In this document: positions 36,120 through 44,984 of the stretch, one piece after another
How the letters are laid out: every line of letters starts with the position of its first letter
How positions within the stretch are numbered: the stretch's first letter is position 1
Source: an uncultured bacterium
GTDB lineage: Bacteria; Armatimonadota; Hebobacteria; CAIYQO01
Assembly: GCA_903928345.1 (NCBI GenBank)
Contig: CAIYQO010000198.1
Span: forward strand, 4,325 to 68,324
Length of the DNA stretch: 64,000 nucleotides
Direction: 5' to 3'
Program-made: the position numbers and the translations under genes
The notes under the pieces: generated by a model
What the model was told of the DNA's origin: nothing
Databases searched by the model: none
The model's input: only the letters and a program-made list of their open reading frames with translations

Positions 36120-36254
36120 AACCCCGTGTCCTCTACAAGTAACCCGCGCCCGCGTTAATCAAAAACATGTCGAATAATGCGGGCGAGTCCGGCAGTCCAT
36201 TAGATCGTGAATCATCCGGGCTATAGGAAAGTATAGGGAGTTGCCGCGGGGGTG

Positions 36255-37304
36255 TCAAGGCAACAGGGGCTCGTTTCGGGGCGCAAGGTCGGCGAGACGC
36301 TCCACCGTGAAGCCCGGCGGGGGCAGCAGCGAAAGCCCGCAGGCGACGCGCGTCTCCGGGGCGACGCCGAGGCGGGTCGCGTCAGCGCAGATGCCCGCGA
36401 AGTGCTCCTGGGCGCGGGCGCGGGCGCGGCGGGCGGCGAGGGTCACGCTGCCCGGCGCCAGCAGATCGCTCACGCGGTCGGCGGTGAGGCAGACCGAGAC
36501 GCGGTCCAGATCGGCGGTCACCCAGCGGCGCTCCAGGCGCTGCGCCGTCGCGGCGGTGGTGCCGCTGCCGGCAAAGAAGTCGCCCACCACGTCACCCGGG
36601 TTCGTGGTGGCCAGGATCAGGCGGGTGAGCAGCGCCTCGGGCTTTTGCGTGGGGTAGCCCAAGTTTTCCTCGGCCCACGGCAGCAGCGCGTGGTGTTCCC
36701 ACACGTCGTCGGGCAGCTTGCCGCGCGTGTAGTCGCGCGCGGAGCCGTCGGCGCGCCGCTGCCCGCGCGTCCATTTGTACGGTTCGCGCACGCGGTCGGC
36801 GTGGAAGGTCCACTCCGTGGCCGACCGCGTGTAGTAGAGGATCGTATCGTGCTTGCGCGCGAAGCGCCGCCGCGAGGCGCCGCCGCCGGAGTAGTACCAG
36901 ACGAATTCGTTCTGGAAGTGCGTGTAGCCGAAGAGGCGGTCGAGGAGCACCTTGGCGTAGTGCACGGCGTGCCAGTCCAGATGCACCAGCAGCGCGCCGG
37001 TGGGGGTGAGCAGGCGGTGCATCTCCACCAGCCGTTCCTGCAGCCACGCCAGATACGTCTGCAGCCCGCCTTCCCAGGCATCGGAGAAGGCGTGGCGCGG
37101 GTCGGGCGTGTTGTCGAACAGGTGAAAGGCCTTGCCGGTGAAGAAGGGCGGGTCGAGGTAGAGGAGATCGAAGGACGCGTCGGGCAGCGCGCGCATCACC
37201 GCCAGGCAATCCCCCTGGATCACCCGGTTGTAGCCGTCGGGGAGCGCCGGCGACGCCGCGCCGGGAGGGCCGAGGGTCTGCACGATGTCGAAAGGCGCCT
37301 GCAT
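36255..37304 (-). CDS. DNA methyltransferase (beta-class N6A/N4C, DPPF motif), no restriction partner seen
   Basis: This is the C-terminal 349 aa of track ORF 36255..38999. I moved the start to ATG 37304. Motifs: LLYLDPPFF, NEFVWYY, PTQKPEALL, GDFFAGSGTT. Confidence 0.8.
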   Translation of the reverse strand: MQAPFDIVQTLGPPGAASPALPDGYNRVIQGDCLAVMRALPDASFDLLYLDPPFFTGKAFHLFDNTPDPRHAFSDAWEGGLQTYLAWLQERLVEMHRLLTPTGALLVHLDWHAVHYAKVLLDRLFGYTHFQNEFVWYYSGGGASRRRFARKHDTILYYTRSATEWTFHADRVREPYKWTRGQRRADGSARDYTRGKLPDDVWEHHALLPWAEENLGYPTQKPEALLTRLILATTNPGDVVGDFFAGSGTTAATAQRLERRWVTADLDRVSVCLTADRVSDLLAPGSVTLAARRARARAQEHFAGICADATRLGVAPETRVACGLSLLPPPGFTVERLADLAPRNEPLLP

Positions 37305-37406
37305 ATCCCTGTATTCGCGCGCGCGACGGGAAAACCTTTCGGAATGCTTATATCGCAAGGCGACGGTCGGAAGGAGTCCGACCAACCGGCGGAGAATACA
37401 GGGATA
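37304..37406. repeat. 13-bp perfect inverted repeat pair overlapping the methyltransferase start codon
   Basis: TATCCCTGTATTC (37304-37316) and GAATACAGGGATA (37394-37406) are separated by 77 nt. The intervening sequence contains a GTCGGA...TCCGAC stem. Confidence 0.7.
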
Positions 37407-37508
37407 CCGGCGCTCCGCAGGGGTTTTGCGCGACCCCCTTTTCGAATGCGCGAAAAACCTGTATGATACGCGCTGACCGCGTAATCGCTTTGAGGAGGAA
37501 GTCTTTCC

Positions 37509-37754
37509 ATGTCCGAGCAGACCTTCAACAAGATCCGCAAGATCGTCGCCGAAGAACTCAACGTCGCTGAAGAGGACGTCACCGCAACCGCCTCGTTTGC
37601 CGATGATCTCGGCGCCGATTCCCTCGCCCTGGTGGAGCTGATCATGGCCCTCGAAGAGCAGTTCGAGCTGGACAGCATCCCCGACGAGGATGCGGAGAAG
37701 ATCAAGACCGTACAGGATGCGGTCACGTACATCGACAGCCGCCTCGCCGGCTAA
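37509..37754 (+). CDS. acpP: Acyl carrier protein
   Basis: [31 protein letters not shown] contains the phosphopantetheine-attachment Ser. Confidence 0.95.
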   Translation: MSEQTFNKIRKIVAEELNVAEEDVTATASFADDLGADSLALVELIMALEEQFELDSIPDEDAEKIKTVQDAVTYIDSRLAG

Positions 37755-37790
37755 TCCGCGTCCTCCAGCATGAAAGGTACGCCGCGATAC

Positions 37791-39029
37791 ATGACAGCAA
37801 CTCGTGTCGTCATCACGGGTATCGGCTTGGTCACCCCGGTCGGGATTGGCGTTGACGCCACTTGGCGCGCCATACAGGCCGGGGTTTCCAGCGCAGGCCC
37901 CATAACCGCGTTCGACGCGTCCGCATACGATGCGCGATTCGCTTGCCAGATCCATGATTTCGAACCTACCGATTTCATCGATAAACGGCAGGTGAAGCAT
38001 CTGGACCGCTACACGCAATTCGCCCTGGCGGCGGCACAGATGGCCGTAGCCGATTCCGGGCTGGAGATCACCGAGGAACTCGCCCCCAACGTGGGCGTCA
38101 TCATCGGCTCCGGCATCGGCGGCATGGCCACCTGGGAAAAACAGCATGCCATTTTGATGGAAAAGGGCCCCAACCGGGTCAGCCCCTTCCTGATTCCCAT
38201 GCTGATCGCCGACACCGCCTCCGGCATGGTCTCCATTGCCTTCAACGCCCAGGGCCCGAACATGGCCGTGGTCACCGCCTGCGCCTCCAGTGCGCACTCC
38301 ATCGGCGAATCGGCGGAGATGATCCGCCGCGGCGCCGCGACGGCGATGATCTGCGGCGGTGCCGAGGCCACCATCACGCCACTCGCCGTCGCCGGGTTCG
38401 CCTCCATGAAGGCGCTCTCCTTCCGCAACGACGATCCGTTGCACGCCAGCCGGCCCTTCGACAAGGGGCGCGACGGTTTTGTGATGGGCGAAGGCTCCGG
38501 TGTGCTGATCCTGGAAGAGTATGAGCACGCTCGCGCCCGCGGCGCGAAGATCTACGGCGAACTCATCGGCTATGGTGCCAGCGGCGACGCCCACCACATG
38601 ACCGCCCCGCATCCGTGCGGCACGGGTATTGCCGGTGCCATGGCGCGCGCCATGAAGCAGGCCGGGGTCGCGCCCGAGCAGATCGGCTACATCAACGCCC
38701 ACGGCACCTCCACCGCGGCGAACGACCGCATTGAATCGATGGCGATGCACACCGCCTTCGGGGAGGCCGCCTACCGGGTGCCGGTGAGTTCCACCAAGTC
38801 GATGACCGGGCACCTGCTGGGTGCGGCGGGCGCCGTGGAGATCATCCTGTGCCTGCTCGGTATGCGCGACGGCGTGCTGCCGCCGACGATCAACTACAGC
38901 GAGCCGGATCCGGAGTGCGACCTGGACTATGTGCCGAACGAAGCCCGCGCGGCGACGTACGGCATCGCCATGTCCAATTCCCTCGGCTTCGGCGGGCACA
39001 ACGCCTCGCTCATCGTCGCCAAGGTCTAA
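37791..39029 (+). CDS. fabF: Beta-ketoacyl-ACP synthase II
   Basis: Track ORF 37770..39029. I prefer start ATG 37791 (MTATRVVITGIG, a typical FabF N-terminus). Motifs: VTACASSAHSIG, NAHGTSTAAND, GHLLGAAG. Confidence 0.92.
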   Translation: MTATRVVITGIGLVTPVGIGVDATWRAIQAGVSSAGPITAFDASAYDARFACQIHDFEPTDFIDKRQVKHLDRYTQFALAAAQMAVADSGLEITEELAPNVGVIIGSGIGGMATWEKQHAILMEKGPNRVSPFLIPMLIADTASGMVSIAFNAQGPNMAVVTACASSAHSIGESAEMIRRGAATAMICGGAEATITPLAVAGFASMKALSFRNDDPLHASRPFDKGRDGFVMGEGSGVLILEEYEHARARGAKIYGELIGYGASGDAHHMTAPHPCGTGIAGAMARAMKQAGVAPEQIGYINAHGTSTAANDRIESMAMHTAFGEAAYRVPVSSTKSMTGHLLGAAGAVEIILCLLGMRDGVLPPTINYSEPDPECDLDYVPNEARAATYGIAMSNSLGFGGHNASLIVAKV

Positions 39030-39042
39030 TCCCCCGCCTCGG

Positions 39043-39080
39043 CGCGGCGCCGTCCCTCGCGGGCGGCGCCGCGTTTGTCC
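39043..39080 (+). terminator. Intrinsic terminator candidate after fabF
   Basis: CGCGGCGCCG-11 nt-CGGCGCCGCG followed by TTTGTCC. Confidence 0.55.
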
Positions 39081-39098
39081 TCAGCCCCTGATCTCTGT

Positions 39099-39104
39099 TA
39101 TAAT
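39099..39104 (+). promoter_or_regulatory. -10 box candidate (TATAAT) upstream of cimA
   Basis: GTTATAATAA lies 24 nt upstream of GTG 39128. Confidence 0.35.
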
Positions 39105-39127
39105 AAACGCTCTGTAAGGGGGTTTCC

Positions 39128-40714
39128 GTGCAGAAGATCACGCTATTCGATACCACGCTGCGCGACGGGTCGCAGATGGCGAGCGTCGCCTTTTCCGTGA
39201 AGGACAAGGTGCGCATCGCGCGGCATCTCGACGACCTGGGCGTCGACTACCTCGAGGGCGGCTGGCCGTCGCCCACGAATACGCGCGACATCGCCTTCTT
39301 CGAGGAGCTGCGCGCCACCCCGCTGCACCACGCGCGCCTCTCCGCCTTCGGCTCCACCTGCCGCAGCGGCGTGCCCGCGTGCGAGGACAAGCAGTTGCGG
39401 CACCTCCTCGCCACCGGCGCCCCCGTGGTGACGATCTTCGGCAAGAGCTGGGATTTGCACGTCACCGACGCGCTGCGCATCTCGCTGGAGGAGAACCTGC
39501 GCATGATCGAGGACTCCGTCGCCTTCCTGCTGAGCCAGGGGGTGGAGGTGATCTACGACGCGGAGCACTTCTTCGACGGTTGGCGCGACAACCCGGCGTA
39601 TGCCCTCGACACCCTGCGCGCGGCGGCACGCGGCGGCGCGGCGTGGCTGGCGCTCTGCGATACCAACGGCGGCTCACTAGCCTGGCAAATCGAGGCCGGC
39701 CTGCGCGCGGCGCAGGGCGTGGCGGACACCCCGCTGGGCATCCACACCCACAACGACAGCGAGCTGGCGGTGGCCAATACGTTGGCCGCGGTGGCCGTCG
39801 GGGCGCGCATGGTGCAGGGCACCATCAACGGTTACGGCGAGCGCTGCGGCAATGCCAACCTGTGCGCCGTCATCCCCACGCTGGAGCTGAAGATGGGCTA
39901 CCAGGCGCTGCCCGCCGGCAAGCTGGCGCAACTCACCCCCACCGCGCACTTCGTGGCCGAGGTGGCGAACATGGCGCCGCCGGAATTCCAGGCCTACGTG
40001 GGCAATGCGGCCTTCGCGCACAAGGGCGGCGTGCACATCGACTCGGTGATGAAGGTGAAGCGCAGCTACGAGCACGTGCCGCCGGAAGCGGTGGGCAACG
40101 TGACGCGGCTGCTGGTGTCCGACCAGTCCGGCGGCAGCACGGTGGTAGAACGCGCCGCGCGCATGGGCATCCCGCTGGACAAAAAGTCCCCCGCAACGGC
40201 GGAGATCCTGACGAAGCTGAAGGAATACGAGCACGAGGGGTACGAATTCGAAGCCGCGGAGGCGTCCTTCGAGTTGCTCATCCGCCGCTGCCTGAACGAC
40301 TTCACGCCGGAATTCGACGTGCGCGATTTCCGCGTCATCGTGGGCGGGCACGTGATGGGGGGGACGCCGTTGTCGGAAGCCATCGTGCGCGTGCGCATCG
40401 GGGAGCTGGAAGCGCACACCGTGGCGGACGGCGACGGCCCGGTGCACGCGCTGGACGGCGCGCTGCGCAAAGCGTTGGAGCCGCACTTCCCGCCGCTGGC
40501 CAACTTCCGCCTGACCGACTACAAGGTGCGCGTGGTCAACGTGCGCGCCGGCACCGCCGCCCGCGTACGCGTATTGGTAGAGACCACCGACACCGACGGG
40601 CGCAACTGGAGCACGGTGGGCGTGCACGAAAACATCATCGTCGCCAGCCTGGAAGCCCTCTGCGACGCCCTCTCCTACGGCCTGCGCCTCGCGCACACCC
40701 GACAGCCGGCGTAA
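39128..40714 (+). CDS. cimA: (R)-citramalate synthase / 2-isopropylmalate-synthase family
   Basis: GTG start with AAGGGGG RBS. FDTTLRDGSQMASVAFSVKDKVRIARHLDDLGVDYLEGGWP is the CimA-type N-terminus. The C-terminal LeuA-dimer-like regulatory domain is present. Confidence 0.85.
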   Translation: MQKITLFDTTLRDGSQMASVAFSVKDKVRIARHLDDLGVDYLEGGWPSPTNTRDIAFFEELRATPLHHARLSAFGSTCRSGVPACEDKQLRHLLATGAPVVTIFGKSWDLHVTDALRISLEENLRMIEDSVAFLLSQGVEVIYDAEHFFDGWRDNPAYALDTLRAAARGGAAWLALCDTNGGSLAWQIEAGLRAAQGVADTPLGIHTHNDSELAVANTLAAVAVGARMVQGTINGYGERCGNANLCAVIPTLELKMGYQALPAGKLAQLTPTAHFVAEVANMAPPEFQAYVGNAAFAHKGGVHIDSVMKVKRSYEHVPPEAVGNVTRLLVSDQSGGSTVVERAARMGIPLDKKSPATAEILTKLKEYEHEGYEFEAAEASFELLIRRCLNDFTPEFDVRDFRVIVGGHVMGGTPLSEAIVRVRIGELEAHTVADGDGPVHALDGALRKALEPHFPPLANFRLTDYKVRVVNVRAGTAARVRVLVETTDTDGRNWSTVGVHENIIVASLEALCDALSYGLRLAHTRQPA

Positions 40715-40763
40715 ATGAGCGAGTGACGGGGCAACTTCGGTCGCCCCGTCACCCCGCGCCGCG

Positions 40764-40892
40764 TTACGTACTCGGCTTCTTCTTCTCGCTCACGCCCTTG
40801 CCGCCGCCGCTCTTCGTTTTGCGCGTGGCCTTCGTGATGTAGCTGGCGGAGGAATACGCGCCGCCCCCCATCCCTTTATCCGCATGTGGCAT
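40764..40892 (-). CDS. 42-aa Gly/Lys-rich small protein (hypothetical)
   Basis: Internal ATG 40892 of track ORF 40764..41012, with GGAGGA RBS. It encodes MPHADKGMGGGAYSSASYITKATRKTKSGGGKGVSEKKKPST. Confidence 0.4.
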   Translation of the reverse strand: MPHADKGMGGGAYSSASYITKATRKTKSGGGKGVSEKKKPST

Positions 40893-40978
40893 AGCAATGT
40901 CCTCCCCCCCCGGTATCCCCCATCGCGCGTGCAGGTACGCCATCTGCAGGGACTGTCCACAATGCGGTTCACTTTGCC

Positions 40979-41136
40979 GTTCCGCGCCTCTCGGCGCGGC
41001 CCCCATCCCCAACCCTTCCCCCGTAACGTCCTATCACGGGGGAAGGGAGCTGATTATCTGAAGGCTGTGTGATTTCATTCCCCCCTCCCCTGTCACAGGA
41101 CGTTACGGGGGAGGGGGTCAGGGGGTGGGGGCCGCG
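40979..41136. repeat. F-family composite palindrome (two inverted hairpin units + spacer)
   Basis: Left unit: GTTCCGCGCC..CGGCGCGGCCCCCATCCCCAACCCTTCCCCCGTAACGTCCTATCACGGGGGAAGGGAG (40979-41049). Right unit, in inverse orientation: 41078-41136. Same architecture as 43174..43341 and 61413..61572. Confidence 0.85.
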
Positions 41137-41204
41137 TTTAGGGCAAGTTTTCGTAGATGAGCCGCATTGAGCCAGCCCCCTGGCGTGCCATTTGTACCGG
41201 AACG

Positions 41205-42044
41205 CTACGGGACAGTTCCCGCGGACGGATACACGCACACCACCGTCCCATCCACCGGCACCGTAACGGTCGGGGTGGGCGTGGCGACGGCGGCGGTGAG
41301 GGCGGCGGCGGGGGTCACCGCGGGCTGGGCCGCGTTCCAATTGATGGCCTTGTTGTTCAGCGTGGTCCACATCGCGCCGGCGTCGCCGAAGGTGAGGAAC
41401 GTGCTCGGGGTGAGCCCCTGCACCAGCGAGGTGTGCGCGCACATCAGGTCGCGCTCGTCGTCGGAATGCCCCAGGCCGAAGGCGTGCCCCAACTCATGGG
41501 TGACGGTGCGCGTGATCTCCATCGGCAGCATCGCCGTGCCGGTGACCGGGTCGACGGTGACCACGTAGACGATGAAGTGCGGGTCGCGCCCGCCGCTGAC
41601 GATCTTCGTCAACCCAAGAATGTTGGTGAAGTTGCTGTATTGGATGTGGGCGACCAGGTCCACCGTGATGCGCGGGTCGGCGGATACGCCGCTGCGGATG
41701 CACACGCGCGGGTCGGCCTGCGCCCAGGTGCGCACCGCCGTTTCGGCGGCACCCTTGAGCGTGAAGCCCGCCGGTTCCGGCGTGTCCAGCGTGTAGCCCA
41801 CCGTGATGGGGTACATGTCGCTGGTGAATTGCGAGCCCGCGGGAAACGGCTGGGTATCCGCCGTGTATTTGTAGAAATAGTTGTCGGTGACGACGAAGAA
41901 GGGGTCGCTCGCCGTCGCGCCGGCCTTCGGGGGCGTCGGGCTGGTGAAGTGCGGCGTCGTCGCCTGCTGGCACCCGGCCAACAGCAGCAACAACGCCACG
42001 ACCCACCCATACCGCAATGTGTGCACGACTGGTACTGCTTTCAT
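41205..42044 (-). CDS. Matrixin-like zinc metalloprotease lipoprotein (M10 family)
   Basis: Lipobox LLLAGC. The zincin motif is VTHELGHAFGLGHSDDERDLM (HExxHxxGxxH + Met-turn). Confidence 0.8.
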   Translation of the reverse strand: MKAVPVVHTLRYGWVVALLLLLAGCQQATTPHFTSPTPPKAGATASDPFFVVTDNYFYKYTADTQPFPAGSQFTSDMYPITVGYTLDTPEPAGFTLKGAAETAVRTWAQADPRVCIRSGVSADPRITVDLVAHIQYSNFTNILGLTKIVSGGRDPHFIVYVVTVDPVTGTAMLPMEITRTVTHELGHAFGLGHSDDERDLMCAHTSLVQGLTPSTFLTFGDAGAMWTTLNNKAINWNAAQPAVTPAAALTAAVATPTPTVTVPVDGTVVCVYPSAGTVP

Positions 42045-42213
42045 ACGGCATCATCCTTACTGCCAAGAGCTTCGGCTATCTCCGCCAACGGTGATACCCG
42101 CCCCTCAGACCACCATGCCCAACCCCGATGCCGCTTGCCCCATTGTACGCACCCCGCTGGCGAGAAACAAGACATCCTATAAAAAAAGTCTGGAAGCGAC
42201 GGCTGGGCGGGTA

Positions 42214-42345
42214 AGGGAGTCGGGGAATGGGAGACGGGGAGAATGGGGGCATAGGCGCCAATTTGCCAAGAACGCTCGTCTGTTTTCCGACCCGCCACCA
42301 CTCTTGCACCAACCTGTTCCCCGTTCCCCGTTCCCTATGCCCTCC
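42214..42345. repeat. Heptamer-array hairpin H7 (GGGGAAT-type vs CCCCGTT-type arms) with an embedded half P-element
   Basis: Left arm: GGGAGTCGGGGAATGGGAGACGGGGAGAATGGGGGCATAGG. Right arm: CCTGTTC CCCGTTC CCCGTTC CCTATGC CCTCC (42313-42345). The loop carries AACGCTCGTCTGTTTTCCGACCCG (42271-42295), which is the left half of the P family. Confidence 0.7.
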
Positions 42346-42383
42346 TATTGACCGGCACGCGGATTATCGGCGACAATGGCGGC

Positions 42384-43151
42384 ATGACGACGGGGAAAAG
42401 TTTTCTGCTGGATATGGACGGGGTGCTGGTGCGCGGGCGCACGCCGCTGCCGGGGGCGCAGGCCTTTTTGGCGCGTCTGGACGCCGCGGGCCGGCCTTAT
42501 CTGATTCTCACCAATAACCCGATGTATACCCCGCGCGACCTGGCGCATCGGCTGGCGAGCATGGGCCTTAACGTGCCGCCGGAACGGCTCTTCACCTCGG
42601 CGATGGCCACCGCGCAGTTTCTGGCCCACCAGCGCCCCAACGGCACCGCCTTCGCCATCGGCGAGTCCGGCCTGACCGAGGCGCTGCACGACGCCGGGTA
42701 CGTGCTCACCAGCGCGCACCCCGACTACGTGGTGCTCGGTGAAACCACCAACTACAACTTCGAGCGCATCACCCAGGCGGTGCGGCTGGTCGCGGCGGGG
42801 GCGCGCTTCATCGCCACCAACCCCGACGCCGCCGGCCCCACCGAGGGCGGCATCGTCCCCGCGTGCGGCGCCATGGCCGCGCTCATCGAGTCCGCCACCG
42901 GCGTGCGCCCCTACTTCATCGGCAAGCCCAACCCGCTTATGATGCGCAGCGCCCTCAACCACCTGGGCGCGCACTCCGAAGACGCCATCATGGTCGGCGA
43001 CCGCATGGACACCGACATCATCGCCGGCACCGAAGCGGGCCTGGAAACGATCCTCGTCCTCAGCGGCCTCACCAAAGCGGAGGAAGTCGACCGCTTCTCC
43101 TACCGCCCCACCCACGTGCTGGCGTCGGTGGCGGAGATCGAAGTGGGGTAA
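42384..43151 (+). CDS. HAD-superfamily hydrolase, subfamily IIA (NagD-like)
   Basis: Track ORF 42348..43151. I moved the start to ATG 42384. Motifs: [21 protein letters not shown]. Confidence 0.8.
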   Translation: MTTGKSFLLDMDGVLVRGRTPLPGAQAFLARLDAAGRPYLILTNNPMYTPRDLAHRLASMGLNVPPERLFTSAMATAQFLAHQRPNGTAFAIGESGLTEALHDAGYVLTSAHPDYVVLGETTNYNFERITQAVRLVAAGARFIATNPDAAGPTEGGIVPACGAMAALIESATGVRPYFIGKPNPLMMRSALNHLGAHSEDAIMVGDRMDTDIIAGTEAGLETILVLSGLTKAEEVDRFSYRPTHVLASVAEIEVG

Positions 43152-43173
43152 GGGGTCCTGGTAGCGATTGCAC

Positions 43174-43341
43174 GTTCCGCGCTTCACGGCGCGGCCCTCA
43201 TCCCCCGCCCTTCCCCCCGGAGGGAAGGGAGTAACCGGGTATCACATGCGCAAGACGGGCGCGGAGAACCCACCCCGGGGCTCCCCTCTCCCAGCCGAGT
43301 CGTGCGAGGCGTCCGGGGGAGGGGCGGGGGTGGGGTCCGCG
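43174..43341. repeat. F-family composite palindrome
   Basis: 43174-43231 reads GTTCCGCGCTTCACGGCGCGGCCCTCATCCCCCGCCCTTCCCCCCGGAGGGAAGGGAG. 43281-43341 reads CTCCCCTCTCCC...GGGGGAGGGGCGGGGGTGGGGTCCGCG, in inverse orientation. Confidence 0.8.
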
Positions 43342-43384
43342 TGCAAGGCAGGTGTTCGTTAGCATCCGCCCACTCTCCTCCGCG

Positions 43385-44731
43385 TCACTTCCCCGCCGCC
43401 ACCGCCTCCGGCAGATACGCCCCCTCTTCCAGCAAGCGCGCGCGCAGGCGGGCGGTGTCGATGGCGTGCACGTCGCCGTCGGCGCGGGCGGCCAGGGCGG
43501 CGGCCAGACCGGCGGCTTCGCCCATGCCCAGACAGACGGACATCACGCGGATGGCGGCCTGCACCGGGCGGTCGCAGGAGACGGCGCGCCCCGCCACGAG
43601 GACGTTGCGCACACCCTTGGGCGTCAGGCTGCGGTAGGGGATGCCGTGCGACTCGCCGGGCTTGAAATGCTCGTAGCGCGCCATCACGTCCAGCTTGCCG
43701 GCGCGGCTCTCCTCGACCTCGTTCTTCGCGGTGTGGATGTCGATGGGGTAGGCGTTGCGGCAGATGTCGTCGGTGAAGGTGCGGCGGGCGAAAAAGTCCT
43801 CCATGGTGAGCACATAGTCGCCCACGATGCGCCGCGTCTCGCGCGCGCCGATCAGCGCGGCGGTGCTGGCCAGGTAGGCGTTGGCAAAGGCGGTGGGATG
43901 GAATTTCGCCAGCGCGTCGCGGAAGGCCTTCGCAATCTTGCGCCCCTGCATCATGGCCTGCGACACCGCCACCGGGTCGGTGTTGTCCACCTCCCACATG
44001 TGCCCGGCGTTGAAGCCCACCGTGTTCGGGCCGATCAGGTTGTTGCAGAAGTGCCCGTCGGGGATCGCCGGGAACTCGCCGGAGTCGAGGATATCCTGAA
44101 TGACGTGCGGCCACATCGGCTTGCCGTACAGATACCCGTAGGCGTCCACGTTGGCGAGGATAAAGCACAGCGTGACGGGCATGATCTCCCCCGTCCGCGC
44201 GTCACCCTGCTCGAAAGCCGCCCCCGCCGCCACGGCGATGTCCCCGTCGCCGGTGGCGTCCACATAGACCGGTGCGCGAAAGGCGGTGAGGCCCGCTTTG
44301 CTCGCGGCGAGGATACTCGTCACGGTGCCGGCGCCGTCCGTCTCCGCCCCGGCATACATTGTGTTAAAGCGCACCGTGGCGCCCGCCTCGGTCACCAAAT
44401 CGTCGTAGATGCGCTTCAGCCCCTCGGGGTCGATGGGGCCCCAGCACTCCTCGGGCTTGCTGTTCGCCACGGTGGCGCAGCTCTCCGCAAAGACGCGGCC
44501 GGCGTACCCGCGCACGATCATCTTCTCCCGGTCGCCGAAGGTCATCCACGCCGGCACCAGCCCGCTGGTACCCATGCCGCCCAGGCACCCGGTGGCCTCC
44601 AGCAACAGCGTCCGCGCCCCCTCGCGCGCCGCCGCCGCCGCCGCCGTCACCCCCGCCGGCCCCCCGCCGACGACAATCACGTCCCAGGCATCATCCAGGG
44701 GCAAGGTGCGGGAGATGGATAAGGTGGACAT
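43385..44731 (-). CDS. FAD-dependent oxidoreductase
   Basis: Track ORF 43385..44839. I moved the start to ATG 44731 (GAGGAGG upstream). DVIVVGGGPAGVTAAAAAAREG is a dinucleotide-binding motif. Confidence 0.75.
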   Translation of the reverse strand: MSTLSISRTLPLDDAWDVIVVGGGPAGVTAAAAAAREGARTLLLEATGCLGGMGTSGLVPAWMTFGDREKMIVRGYAGRVFAESCATVANSKPEECWGPIDPEGLKRIYDDLVTEAGATVRFNTMYAGAETDGAGTVTSILAASKAGLTAFRAPVYVDATGDGDIAVAAGAAFEQGDARTGEIMPVTLCFILANVDAYGYLYGKPMWPHVIQDILDSGEFPAIPDGHFCNNLIGPNTVGFNAGHMWEVDNTDPVAVSQAMMQGRKIAKAFRDALAKFHPTAFANAYLASTAALIGARETRRIVGDYVLTMEDFFARRTFTDDICRNAYPIDIHTAKNEVEESRAGKLDVMARYEHFKPGESHGIPYRSLTPKGVRNVLVAGRAVSCDRPVQAAIRVMSVCLGMGEAAGLAAALAARADGDVHAIDTARLRARLLEEGAYLPEAVAAGK

Positions 44732-44790
44732 GGCAGAGCCTCCTCGAAAACAGCAATCCAGGGGCGCTTCGCACCCCAAATTTCGGTATA

Positions 44791-44932
44791 GAAACCGCAA
44801 AGAACACAAAGGGAACGCAAAGGGAAAAAGGAAGGCCAAGGTGAAAAGCCATGGCCGACCGCTATCTCTTCGGTGCGAAGCGTGAACCTTTCTTCGCGGT
44901 CTCCTTTGCGTCCTTTGCGTCTTTGCGGTTTC
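44791..44932. repeat. E-family long hairpin, copy E2
   Basis: The left arm GAAACCGCAAAGAACACAAAGGGAACGCAAAGGG pairs with the right arm CCTTTGCGTCCTTTGCGTCTTTGCGGTTTC. The terminal 13 bp are perfect. Confidence 0.8.
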
Positions 44933-44984
44933 GTACGATCTTCATCTCTGATCTTCGCACCCGCCCGGCAAACTCCTGCCGCCT

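Noticed and set aside
36255-38999. 914-aa ORF as one giant gene (likewise 31756..33528, 18458..19891, 17881..19347)
   Set aside because: Only the C-terminal parts carry recognisable domains and have internal ATGs with RBSs. The N-terminal extensions are antisense to well-supported genes (acpP/fabF, the sugar isomerase, URO-D-like U1).
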